From contig JBJLFF010000031.1 of the NCBI GenBank assembly GCA_045565515.1, forward strand, positions 15,972-79,971: a stretch of 64,000 nt of DNA, written 5' to 3'. The position numbers were made by a program, and so were the translations under genes. The notes below the pieces were generated by a model. That model was given only the letters and a program-made list of their open reading frames with translations, had not been told where the DNA came from and did no database searches. Numbering within the stretch: the stretch's first letter is position 1; each line of letters opens with the position of its first letter. The DNA is from Candidatus Puniceispirillales bacterium. GTDB lineage: Bacteria > Pseudomonadota > Alphaproteobacteria > Puniceispirillales > GCA-002684695. Shown piece by piece: positions 36,862 through 45,768 of the stretch.

Positions 36862-38112
36862 ATGAACACAACTTCAGATACTTTAACTACTGCTGACGGT
36901 ACACCGCTTAAAAAAAAATTAGAGCAATCTCTTTTTAAAAGTAAGCTTAGAGCATTTGGTCTTGTTTCACCTTTGCTAATTTTTTTAATTCTTCTCTTTA
37001 TTTTACCAATTGTTCTTCTTTTGATACAGGGGTTTTATGACTCACGTTTCACAAATTTAATGCCTGAAACAACACATATACTAAAAAATTGGGATGGAGT
37101 TTCTGAGCCTACTGAAGAAATGTATTCAGCTCTTGTTACTGATCTTGTGCAAGCAAGAAAAAATAAAACAATAGGTAAAGTTGCTACTAGGGTTAATAGA
37201 GAGTTATCTGGTACAAGATCTCTATTTACATCCTCTGCAAGAAAAGCAGCTAAGTTAGAGGCCCCCTTTAAAGAGTCATTAGTTAAATTAAAGAAAAAGT
37301 GGGGAAATATTGAGACTTGGCAAGCAATGAAGGTATCCTCTAATATTTTTACAATTGGTTACATTGCTTCTTCTTTAGATTTCAAGCTGAACGCTGATGG
37401 AAGCCTTACATTGAAAGAAGAAGATAGAAGAATACATATTAAACTTTTTGTTAGAACTCTTGAAATATCACTAATTGTCACTTTAGCTACATTGTTATTG
37501 GGTTATCCTATTGCTTATTTGATGGCTTCTTTGCCTCTAAGAACTTCAAATCTTTTACTAATTCTAGTGTTACTGCCATTTTGGACTTCACTCCTTGTAA
37601 GAACAACAGCTTGGATAGCTATGTTACAAGGTCAAGGAGTTATGAATGATTTATTTGTTGTTTTTGGCTTTGCTGAAGATGATGATCGTTTTTCATTAAT
37701 TTATAATAAAACGGGCGTTCTTATAGCCATGACCCATATTTTATTGCCATTTATGGTATTGCCAATTTACTCAGTTATGAAAACAATTTCTCCCTCATAT
37801 GTGAAGGCAGCCAAATCACTTGGAGCAACAAATAGTATTGCTTTTTGGAGAGTTTACATGCCTATGACAATTCCGGGAATAGGCGCTGGGGGATTGCTAG
37901 TTTTTATTCTTGCTATTGGTTATTACATTACTCCTGCTCTAGTGGGTGGTCAAGACGGCCAAATGATATCTAACTTTATAGATTTTCATATGCGAAAATC
38001 TTTAAATTGGAATTTAGCAGCAGCGATGGGTTTAGTTTTATTAATTATCATTCTATTTTTATTTTGGGTCTATGATCGAATAGTGGGTATAGATAATATG
38101 AAGTTGGGTTAA
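36862..38112 (+). CDS. PotB-like ABC permease with a large extra hydrophilic insert after TM1
   Basis: 416 aa versus about 280 for canonical PotB. EAA loop (YVKAAKSLGATNSIAFWRVYMP). A segment of about 130 aa without helices lies between the first helix and the core. Confidence 0.85.
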   Translation: MNTTSDTLTTADGTPLKKKLEQSLFKSKLRAFGLVSPLLIFLILLFILPIVLLLIQGFYDSRFTNLMPETTHILKNWDGVSEPTEEMYSALVTDLVQARKNKTIGKVATRVNRELSGTRSLFTSSARKAAKLEAPFKESLVKLKKKWGNIETWQAMKVSSNIFTIGYIASSLDFKLNADGSLTLKEEDRRIHIKLFVRTLEISLIVTLATLLLGYPIAYLMASLPLRTSNLLLILVLLPFWTSLLVRTTAWIAMLQGQGVMNDLFVVFGFAEDDDRFSLIYNKTGVLIAMTHILLPFMVLPIYSVMKTISPSYVKAAKSLGATNSIAFWRVYMPMTIPGIGAGGLLVFILAIGYYITPALVGGQDGQMISNFIDFHMRKSLNWNLAAAMGLVLLIIILFLFWVYDRIVGIDNMKLG

Positions 38113-39351
38113 ATGTCTGAATTTAAATATATACCACCTAAACCACCATTAATATTTACCGCTTTTTGGAGTGCATTACTTGGTGCAGTAATTGGTTTCT
38201 TGACTGCACGTGGTGATATGTTTCTAGCTTTAATTCTATTGACTGCGGGTAGTGTTTTATTTGCATTATTATCTATTTTTTCAGTGATCATTATAAAAAA
38301 TACAATTCTATCAAGATTTTTTTGTAGTGCTACTTTGGGGTGCATAGGATTTTTTTATATAGGACTATCCTATGGAATTGTTTTATTTATAGTAGGATTA
38401 ATATTAGGTCATATTTCAAATTGGCTTTCTTCAGGTAACTATAGAATACCACTGCCTCCGTACGCAACATCTGGAGAGGTTTTATGGTTTTATTCTTTCA
38501 GAGGACTATGTGCACTTATTTTTTTATTTTTGATTATGCCTATTATAATTTTGATACCATTAAGTTTTAATCAAGAGCCATATTTTAGTTTTACACCTGG
38601 AATGCTTGCTTTAGATAAAGAGGCTTTTTCATTTAGGTGGTATATGGATATCCTTACTAATGGGATTGTTGACCCTGAGGCTAAAGAAGGTTGGTGGACA
38701 GATGTTTGGCAAAATGCGCAATGGGTTCGTTCTATAAAAAATAGTTTTATTATTGGTATTGGTGCAACTCTTTTAGCAACATCTATTGGAACATTGGCTG
38801 CTATTGGGCTTAGTAGATCTGAAATGCCTTATAGAAGAGCTATAATGGCTCTACTAATTTCTCCAATGATTGTACCTTTAGTCATAACAGCATCTGGATT
38901 ATTTTATTTTTATAGTCAAATAGGGATTGCAAAATCTTATACTGGTATAATTCTCTCTCATGCTATTTTAGGAACGCCTTTTGTAATTATAACTGTAACT
39001 GCAACTTTAGCAGGTTTTGATAATAATTTAACAAGAGCTGCAGCAAACTTAGGTGCTGGACCAATTAGAACATTTTTTAAGGTTCAAATGCCCTTAATAC
39101 TGCCAGGCGTAATCTCAGGTGGTTTATTTGCATTTATTACATCTTTTGATGAGGTTGTTGTTGTTCTTCAATTAGCTGATGTAAGGCAAAGAACAATTCC
39201 AAGGCAAATGTTTTCTGGAATTCGCGAACAAATAAGCCCAACGATTTTAGCCGTTGCAACGATATTGGTTATATTATCAATCGCAATTTTAACAACAGTA
39301 GAACTTTTGAGAAGGAGGTCTGAGAGATTGAGAGGAATTTCGCCTGGCTAA
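38113..39351 (+). CDS. PotC-like ABC permease with an extra N-terminal multi-helix module
   Basis: 412 aa versus about 260 for canonical PotC. EAA loop (LTRAAANLGAGPIRTFFKVQMP). The first roughly 115-140 aa form about 4 additional hydrophobic helices. Confidence 0.85.
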   Translation: MSEFKYIPPKPPLIFTAFWSALLGAVIGFLTARGDMFLALILLTAGSVLFALLSIFSVIIIKNTILSRFFCSATLGCIGFFYIGLSYGIVLFIVGLILGHISNWLSSGNYRIPLPPYATSGEVLWFYSFRGLCALIFLFLIMPIIILIPLSFNQEPYFSFTPGMLALDKEAFSFRWYMDILTNGIVDPEAKEGWWTDVWQNAQWVRSIKNSFIIGIGATLLATSIGTLAAIGLSRSEMPYRRAIMALLISPMIVPLVITASGLFYFYSQIGIAKSYTGIILSHAILGTPFVIITVTATLAGFDNNLTRAAANLGAGPIRTFFKVQMPLILPGVISGGLFAFITSFDEVVVVLQLADVRQRTIPRQMFSGIREQISPTILAVATILVILSIAILTTVELLRRRSERLRGISPG

Positions 39352-39460
39352 TTAATAATTGAGAATAGAATGCTTTGATATGCAAATATACTTATATACA
39401 GTACTAAAATAGTTCTGTATAAAATATATCTATAATACAAATAATCTTATATGGTGCTTT

Positions 39461-40204
39461 ATGTCTGATAAAAAAATTAAAAATCTAGTTTTAACTGGAG
39501 CTAGTAGGGGAATAGGGCATGCAACTGTAAAAAGATTTTCTAGTGCTGGATGGAGAGTAATAACTTGCTCTCGCCAGGAGGTTCCTGAAAATTGTCCTTG
39601 GTCAGCTGGAATGCATGACCATGTTCAAATAGATTTGAGTTCTATGGATGATATTTTAGAGGGAGCTAGAAAAATTATTGAAAAATTAGAGGGCAACCCT
39701 TTGCATGCTCTAGTTAATAATGCAGGAATATCACCAAAAAGTGATGATAATCAAAGACTCGACACAATAAATACTTCCTTAGATTGCTGGCAGCAAGTTT
39801 TTCAAGTTAATTTTTTTGCTCCAATCTTGTTAGCAAAAAGTTTGAAAAGTTCTTTAGAAGATGCGTCAGGAAGCATTGTTAATGTAACATCTATTGCTGG
39901 AAGCAGGGTTCATGAATTTGCTGGATCAGCATATGCAACTTCTAAAGCAGCTTTAAGTGCATTAACTAGAGAGATGGCAGCTGACTTTGGTCCTTCAGGT
40001 ATAAGAGTTAATGCAATTGCTCCTGGAGAAATTAAAACTGATATAATCTCACCTGAAAGCGAAAATTTAATAGTTCCAAAAATTCCACTTGGAAGGTTTG
40101 GAACACCAGAAGAAGTTGCTCAAACTATTTACTTTTTGTGCAGTGATATGTCACACTATTTAAATGGATCAGAAATTCATATAAATGGTGGGCAACATGT
40201 ATGA
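39461..40204 (+). CDS. short-chain dehydrogenase/reductase
   Basis: TGASRGIGHA cofactor loop, NNAG, catalytic YATSKAAL; 247 aa. Confidence 0.85.
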   Translation: MSDKKIKNLVLTGASRGIGHATVKRFSSAGWRVITCSRQEVPENCPWSAGMHDHVQIDLSSMDDILEGARKIIEKLEGNPLHALVNNAGISPKSDDNQRLDTINTSLDCWQQVFQVNFFAPILLAKSLKSSLEDASGSIVNVTSIAGSRVHEFAGSAYATSKAALSALTREMAADFGPSGIRVNAIAPGEIKTDIISPESENLIVPKIPLGRFGTPEEVAQTIYFLCSDMSHYLNGSEIHINGGQHV

Positions 40205-41585
40205 CAATGAAAAATTTTTAGGAAACTCAGATTACAGCCGTGATATAGAGTATCACCTACATTCTTACACTCATCCACAAACATTATTTGATGAAGGTCC
40301 TCATATACTTACTAAAGGTGATGGAATTTACGTATACGATGAAACTGGTGAAAAATTCATAGAGGGGATGAGCGGACTATGGTGTACTTCATTGGGATTT
40401 TCAGAGAAAGAGATTATTGATACAATCACTGATCAACTGAAAAAACTACCATTTTATCACAGTTTCGCTGGGAAAACAGCTAATCCAGCAATTAATTTAG
40501 CAGAGCATTTAATTAAAATTTCACCTGTTCCTATGAGTAAAGTTTTCTTTGCAAATTCAGGATCTGAGGCAAATGATACTGCTATAAAAATGATTTGGTA
40601 TTACAATCTAGCAAGGGGTTTGCCTGAAAAAAGAAAAATTATAAGCAGGAAAAAAGGTTACCATGGCGTAACTTTGGCAGCAGCAAGCCTAACTGGTCTG
40701 CCATATGCGCAGAATGGATTTTCACTTCCTTTAGATTTTGTAAAGCATACAAGCGCACCTGATTATTTCAATGAATCTTCACCAAATGAAAATCAACAAT
40801 CTTTTGCAACTAGACTAGCACACGAACTTGAGAATTTAATTTTGAAAGAAGGTCCTGAAACAATCGCTGCATTTTTTGCTGAGCCTGTTATGGGTGCCGG
40901 AGGGGTCATTATACCACCAGATACTTATTTTTCAAAAATTCAGAATGTTCTTAAAAAATATGATATTTTGATGGTTGCTGACGAGGTGATTTGTGGATTT
41001 GGTCGGACAGGAAATATGTGGGGATCGGAGACATTTAAAATTAAACCAGATATAATTACAGCAGCTAAAGCTCTATCTTCTGCTTACTTGCCTATTTCTG
41101 CAGTAATATTGTCGGAAAAAGTGTATGAACCCATCAAAAGCCAGGCTAATGAATTAGGCATATTTGGCCACGGTTATACATATTCAGCTCATCCAGTTTG
41201 TGCGGCGGCGGCCCTAAAAACTCAACAATTAATGTCAGAGCGCAACATAATTGGAAATGTTAGAAAGCAGTCTAAACTATTCAATGAAAGAATTAGCAAT
41301 ATTATGAATAATCATTGGTTTTTTAGTAATAGTCGATCGGTCGGATTAATTGGTGCTATTGAATTTGGGTATGAGGGAAACAAAAAATTTGATTCTAAAA
41401 TTAAAATTGCAGCTCAGTGTGTAAAGGTTATTCAAAAAAATGGTGTAATATTACGTGCTTTGCCAGGAGATATTATAGGTTTTTGTCCGCCATTGATCAT
41501 AAATCAAGAACAGATTAATGAAATGTTTGATAAGATTGATAAAGCAATTAAGAACTTTGATAAAATGGCTAAAGCTCTAAGGTGA
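40197..41585 (+). CDS. class III (omega) aminotransferase, amine:pyruvate/SpuC-like
   Basis: SGSEANDTAIKM, YHG, ADEVICGFGRTG, PLP-Lys in ITAAKALSS. Start placed at ATG 40197 (GGTGG upstream; 8-nt overlap with the SDR stop) rather than 40185. Confidence 0.85.
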   Translation: MYDNEKFLGNSDYSRDIEYHLHSYTHPQTLFDEGPHILTKGDGIYVYDETGEKFIEGMSGLWCTSLGFSEKEIIDTITDQLKKLPFYHSFAGKTANPAINLAEHLIKISPVPMSKVFFANSGSEANDTAIKMIWYYNLARGLPEKRKIISRKKGYHGVTLAAASLTGLPYAQNGFSLPLDFVKHTSAPDYFNESSPNENQQSFATRLAHELENLILKEGPETIAAFFAEPVMGAGGVIIPPDTYFSKIQNVLKKYDILMVADEVICGFGRTGNMWGSETFKIKPDIITAAKALSSAYLPISAVILSEKVYEPIKSQANELGIFGHGYTYSAHPVCAAAALKTQQLMSERNIIGNVRKQSKLFNERISNIMNNHWFFSNSRSVGLIGAIEFGYEGNKKFDSKIKIAAQCVKVIQKNGVILRALPGDIIGFCPPLIINQEQINEMFDKIDKAIKNFDKMAKALR

Positions 41586-41587
41586 AA

Positions 41588-42733
41588 CTAGAGGCATTCT
41601 TTAAGTAAATTTAAAGTATTATCAAAGGTTAATTCCCTTGGATTGCCAGAGGCAGTAGGATCAACGATAGCCATACTTGCAACAAGTTCAAGTTGATTTT
41701 TTTCAACCCCAATATCTTTAAGACACTTTGGGATATTCAATTTATTGCATAACTCTTCAACAAAATCTGTGAAACCATTAAAACCGTTTTCTATGTCTAA
41801 AAAATTTGATAATTTTTGAATTTTAATATTTATGTAATCTTTATTAAATTCTAGTACTTTCTTCATTACAACTGCGTTTGTAGTTCCATGATGTGTGTTA
41901 TATATCGCCCCTATGGGATGTGACAGTGCGTGAATTCCACCTAACCCTTTTTGGAAAGCAGTAGCCCCCATTAGTGCTGCACTTAGCATATTTGTTCTTG
42001 CTTCTATGTTTTCACCATTCTCATATGCTTCTAAAAGACTATCTTTTACTAATTTCATACCAATTAAAGCGATACCATCTGCCATTGGATGGTATCCTGG
42101 AGAACAGTATGCCTCTAGGCAATGAGCAAAAGCATCCATTCCTGTTCCAGCAGTTAATTTTTGAGGAAGTTTAAAGCTTAAAGTTGGATCACAAATTACA
42201 CTTTTTGGAAGCATTTCTGGATGAAAAATAACTTTTTTAATTTTATTGATGCTGTCTGTTAAAACACCTGCTCTACCAACCTCCGAACCAGTTCCTGCAG
42301 TAGTTGGTATTGCAATTATAGGCAATATACCTTGAGTGTTTGCTCTTTTCCAATTATCACTTAAATCTTCAAATTCCCAAACGGGTAAATCTTGAGCTAT
42401 CATAAAAGCTAATAATTTCCCTAAATCTAAAGCTGATCCACCTCCAAACGCGATAACACCATCAAAACCTCCTTCTTTTAGTATTTCAAGTCCTTGAATA
42501 AGATTTATTTCAGTCGGATTTGAATCTACTTGGCTAAAGACTGAGTGAGGTAATTTTAGAGAATTTAATTCATTTTTTAAAATAGTTGTAATTTCATTAT
42601 CTCCAAGATTTTTGTCAGTTACAACCAATGGATTAAAAATACTTAAATCACTACAACATTGTCCAATTTCTTTTAATCTACCCGAACCAATTCTAATATG
42701 AGTAGGAAAATTCCAATTAGCTTTCAAAGACAT
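41588..42733 (-). CDS. iron-containing (group III) alcohol dehydrogenase
   Basis: GGGSALDLGK, and His-rich metal site segments (DAFAHCLE, HALSH); 381 aa. Confidence 0.85.
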   Translation of the reverse strand: MSLKANWNFPTHIRIGSGRLKEIGQCCSDLSIFNPLVVTDKNLGDNEITTILKNELNSLKLPHSVFSQVDSNPTEINLIQGLEILKEGGFDGVIAFGGGSALDLGKLLAFMIAQDLPVWEFEDLSDNWKRANTQGILPIIAIPTTAGTGSEVGRAGVLTDSINKIKKVIFHPEMLPKSVICDPTLSFKLPQKLTAGTGMDAFAHCLEAYCSPGYHPMADGIALIGMKLVKDSLLEAYENGENIEARTNMLSAALMGATAFQKGLGGIHALSHPIGAIYNTHHGTTNAVVMKKVLEFNKDYINIKIQKLSNFLDIENGFNGFTDFVEELCNKLNIPKCLKDIGVEKNQLELVASMAIVDPTASGNPRELTFDNTLNLLKECL

Positions 42734-42781
42734 TTTTAAGACTCCTAATTATAAATTAGACAATTATAATTTTTTTTTGTT

Positions 42782-43300
42782 ATGAATTATAATATTACAA
42801 TACTCGCTAATTTAGTTTATGCTAATAAAATTATGGAAGAAAAAAATAACCAGATTATATGGGAGCCTCAAGAATTAATATATGATGTTGGCGATGCATC
42901 AAATGCAGCATTTCTTGTTATTCAAGGTTATGTATATCTTTATACTTCTAATGGCTTGCTTTTAGGTAGAGTTGGTGAGGGAGAGGTTTTTGGAGAATCT
43001 TCCTGTATTCTTCAAACAAATAGGTCAGTTAAGGCTATTGCTGGTGAGCATAAAGTCTTAGCTACAAAAATACCTCATTTCTCTCTAAAAAGAATGGTTA
43101 AAGGTGACAAAGCAATTGCAGCGATTCTAAGAAAGACACAATTAAGACTGATAGATTCTAATAATCAAAGCCAGGATTTAGCTACTGATTTAGATTCTAT
43201 TTTAAAAAAATTAGAAAATAAATCTGTTGATTTGAAATTGATACAAGATCATTTGCAATTGATTAGGAAAAAATTAGCTTCGATGCAGTTTATTGACTGA
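42782..43300 (+). CDS. cyclic-nucleotide-binding-domain protein without a DNA-binding domain
   Basis: cNMP-binding pattern (FLVIQGYVYLY ... GEVFGESS ... NRSVKAIA) followed only by a short helical tail; 172 aa or fewer (alternative start 42833). Confidence 0.7.
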   Translation: MNYNITILANLVYANKIMEEKNNQIIWEPQELIYDVGDASNAAFLVIQGYVYLYTSNGLLLGRVGEGEVFGESSCILQTNRSVKAIAGEHKVLATKIPHFSLKRMVKGDKAIAAILRKTQLRLIDSNNQSQDLATDLDSILKKLENKSVDLKLIQDHLQLIRKKLASMQFID

Positions 43301-43311
43301 AAATATTTGAA

Positions 43312-44955
43312 ATGAAAAAAAATGGTGCAACTCTACTACTAAAAAGTCTGCTCAATCAAGAAATAGAAACAGTATTTGGAGTTCCTGGAGAGAGTTACCT
43401 CTCAGTTCTTGACGCATTAAATGACTTTCCTGAAATCAGTTGGATAGGCGCACGTCAAGAAGGTGGTGCAGCTTTTATGGCATCTGGTTACGCTCAGCTT
43501 ACTGGAAAGACGGGAATTTGTTTTGTTACAAGAGCACCTGGAGCTACAAATGCATCTATTGGCGTTCATACAGCGTTTCAAGGTTCAATTCCAATGATCC
43601 TTTTTATTGGTCAAGTATCTTCTATGGTAACTGGAAGAGAAGCTTTTCAGGAATTAAATTACAATGAAATGTATTCAGGTATGGCAAAATGGGTAACTGA
43701 AATAAATAATGTTAATAGAATACCCGAAATAGTCTCTAGAGCATTTAATATAGCTAATACTGGAAGACCAGGCCCAGTTATTGTATCCCTTCCAGAAGAC
43801 ATTATTTCTATGCCTTGTGAAATGAACCCTTCTTTAAGAATAAGGTTTCCAGAACCCTCAATATCTAATTTTGATATTGATGAAATTAGACAAAAATTGA
43901 GTATTGCTAAAAAACCAATTTTTATAGTTGGTGGAACTGCATGGAAAAAAGATGGAATAAGAAACCTCAAATGCTTTATTGAACAAAATAACTTACCTGT
44001 CATTTCTGCCTTTAGAAGACAAGATATTTTTGATAATCTATCGCTTTCATACGCTGGGGTATTAAGCTTTGGTAATTCAGAAAAATTAAATAAAGCAGTT
44101 TACGAATCAGACTTAGTTTTTGCATTTAATACTCTTTTGGGAGATGTGACTACTTCAGGATATAAACTAATACAAGCATTCAAAGATAAAGTTCTTATTC
44201 ATAGTAATACAGATCCAAAAGAAATCAGCAAAGTATATTATGCTGATTTACCGATCCATTCAGGACCAAATAATTTGGCATTAGAATTAAAAAAACTTGG
44301 TAAAATAGGTGATTGGAATTCACATACAAAAAATTTACATTCAGAGTATAACGAAAGTTTATCAGTCCCAAATCAACCTGGAAATGTAGATATGGGTAAA
44401 ATTATCAGCTATTTACAGTACAAATTGCCTGAGGATGTAATTATTACAAATGGCGCAGGAAACTTTTCTACATGGAGCAACCTTCTTTTTAAGTTTGGAT
44501 CAAAAGCAAGGTTGATTGCTCCTACAAGTGGTGCAATGGGCTTTGGACTTCCCGCAGCAATAGCTTCAAAAATAGCCTTTCCAAATAAAATGGTTATATG
44601 TTTTTCTGGTGATGGTGATTTTCAAATGAACATATCAGAATTAGGTACTGCCAAACAGTATAATGCTTTTCCAATTATTTTATTACTGAATAACTCAAGT
44701 TATGGAACAATAAGAATGCATCAAGAAAAATTTTATCCTGGCAGAGTTATGTCAACTGATATTGTTAATCCCAGCTATACTAAGATAGCTGAAGCTTATG
44801 GAATGGATGCTTATCAAATAAAGAAAACAAAAGAATTTAAAGAGGTTTTTGATAAAGTATATAAATCAAATAAAGGGGCTTTAATTGAGTTAATAATTGA
44901 TATCGAAAGCATTACACCACATAAAACCTTACAAGAATATAAAAAACAAGCTTGA
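43312..44955 (+). CDS. thiamine-diphosphate-dependent enzyme (acetolactate-synthase-large-subunit-like)
   Basis: Three-domain ThDP layout; ThDP motif GDGDFQMN...LLLNNSSYG; 547 aa. Confidence 0.85.
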   Translation: MKKNGATLLLKSLLNQEIETVFGVPGESYLSVLDALNDFPEISWIGARQEGGAAFMASGYAQLTGKTGICFVTRAPGATNASIGVHTAFQGSIPMILFIGQVSSMVTGREAFQELNYNEMYSGMAKWVTEINNVNRIPEIVSRAFNIANTGRPGPVIVSLPEDIISMPCEMNPSLRIRFPEPSISNFDIDEIRQKLSIAKKPIFIVGGTAWKKDGIRNLKCFIEQNNLPVISAFRRQDIFDNLSLSYAGVLSFGNSEKLNKAVYESDLVFAFNTLLGDVTTSGYKLIQAFKDKVLIHSNTDPKEISKVYYADLPIHSGPNNLALELKKLGKIGDWNSHTKNLHSEYNESLSVPNQPGNVDMGKIISYLQYKLPEDVIITNGAGNFSTWSNLLFKFGSKARLIAPTSGAMGFGLPAAIASKIAFPNKMVICFSGDGDFQMNISELGTAKQYNAFPIILLLNNSSYGTIRMHQEKFYPGRVMSTDIVNPSYTKIAEAYGMDAYQIKKTKEFKEVFDKVYKSNKGALIELIIDIESITPHKTLQEYKKQA

Positions 44956-44986
44956 ATTAGTGTAATAAAGACACTAATGTTATTAT
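44956..44986 (+). terminator. hairpin after the ThDP-enzyme gene
   Basis: Perfect 8-bp stem ATTAGTGT/ACACTAAT (44956-44963 / 44971-44978), 7-nt loop, tail GTTATTAT. AT-rich and therefore weak. Confidence 0.35.
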
Positions 44987-45643
44987 ATGGTTCCTTTCAA
45001 AACTTTTGGAGTTAAGGTTAACATATATTTCATGCGCATAATTCATGATGAATTGAAAATCTTAGTGATTCAAAAAAAGGGTAAAGATTATTGGGAATTT
45101 CCAAATGCTATTTTTAAAGAAGATGATGAAATTTTAGAAGTTTGTAAAAGAGCTGCTTCACAAGTAATAAATCATATTCATCTGGGAAACTTTGAATACA
45201 AGCTTATTAATAATTTTATAAATGATAGTTTAATTGAAGTTAATTATGTAATTCTAAATAAAAAGTTTAAATTTAATTTCATTTATAATGACTTGCTGAC
45301 TGATATAAATTGGCTTAGTTCGAGAGAACTTAAAGACAATTTCTTACTAAGTCAGGTTAAATTCAATGAAATATTAGATTTTACCAAACAATTTGTAAAA
45401 AGTAATTATGCTAATATCCGTTATTTTATTAGTGGTAAATACACTCTATCTGAACTTCAAAAGACCTATATTAATTTAGGAATTAATAATAAACAGTTTT
45501 ATGAAAAAAGAAATTTTAGAAAGTGGTTATTTATTCAAAATAAGGAAAATCTTTTTATAGAAGATACAGGCCTTATAAGGCGAGGCAACCATCGACCAGC
45601 AAAGTTATATAGTTCTTTGGAAAGAATCATAGAAATTACGTAA
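44987..45643 (+). CDS. NrtR-like protein: degenerate Nudix domain plus C-terminal winged helix
   Basis: The C-terminal half has the NrtR-type signature (FTLSELQKTY...KRNFRKWL...HRPAKLY). The N-terminal Nudix-box position reads KRAASQ where REuxEE is expected. The start may be 45032. Confidence 0.55.
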   Translation: MVPFKTFGVKVNIYFMRIIHDELKILVIQKKGKDYWEFPNAIFKEDDEILEVCKRAASQVINHIHLGNFEYKLINNFINDSLIEVNYVILNKKFKFNFIYNDLLTDINWLSSRELKDNFLLSQVKFNEILDFTKQFVKSNYANIRYFISGKYTLSELQKTYINLGINNKQFYEKRNFRKWLFIQNKENLFIEDTGLIRRGNHRPAKLYSSLERIIEIT

Positions 45644-45649
45644 AGATAA

Positions 45650-45674
45650 TATAGTTTAAACTATAAATTTTTTT
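45650..45674 (+). terminator. AT-rich palindrome plus T7
   Basis: Perfect 16-nt palindrome TATAGTTTAAACTATA (45650-45665), then AA and T7 (45668-45674), 7 nt after the stop codon. Confidence 0.35.
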
Positions 45675-45768
45675 GAATAAATATAATAAGTTATTTTTTT
45701 TTGTTTAAAAAAAGTTTTAGTCATTATAACTATTTAATGTAAATCTATAATATAACTTCTCTGGATCT

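Noticed and set aside
39395-39421. Palindrome TATACAG-N13-CTGTATA upstream of the SDR gene considered as a LexA/SOS-type operator
   Set aside because: Orientation and spacing do not fit the CTGT-N8-ACAG type box or the alphaproteobacterial GTTC-N7-GTTC direct repeat. It may just be an RNA hairpin after the permease gene. Not enough support to call.
42734-42781. Direct repeat AATTATAA-N7-AATTATAA in the 48-nt divergent spacer
   Set aside because: Very low-complexity AT sequence, so chance occurrence is likely in this genome. Mentioned only as context for the cNMP-domain gene.
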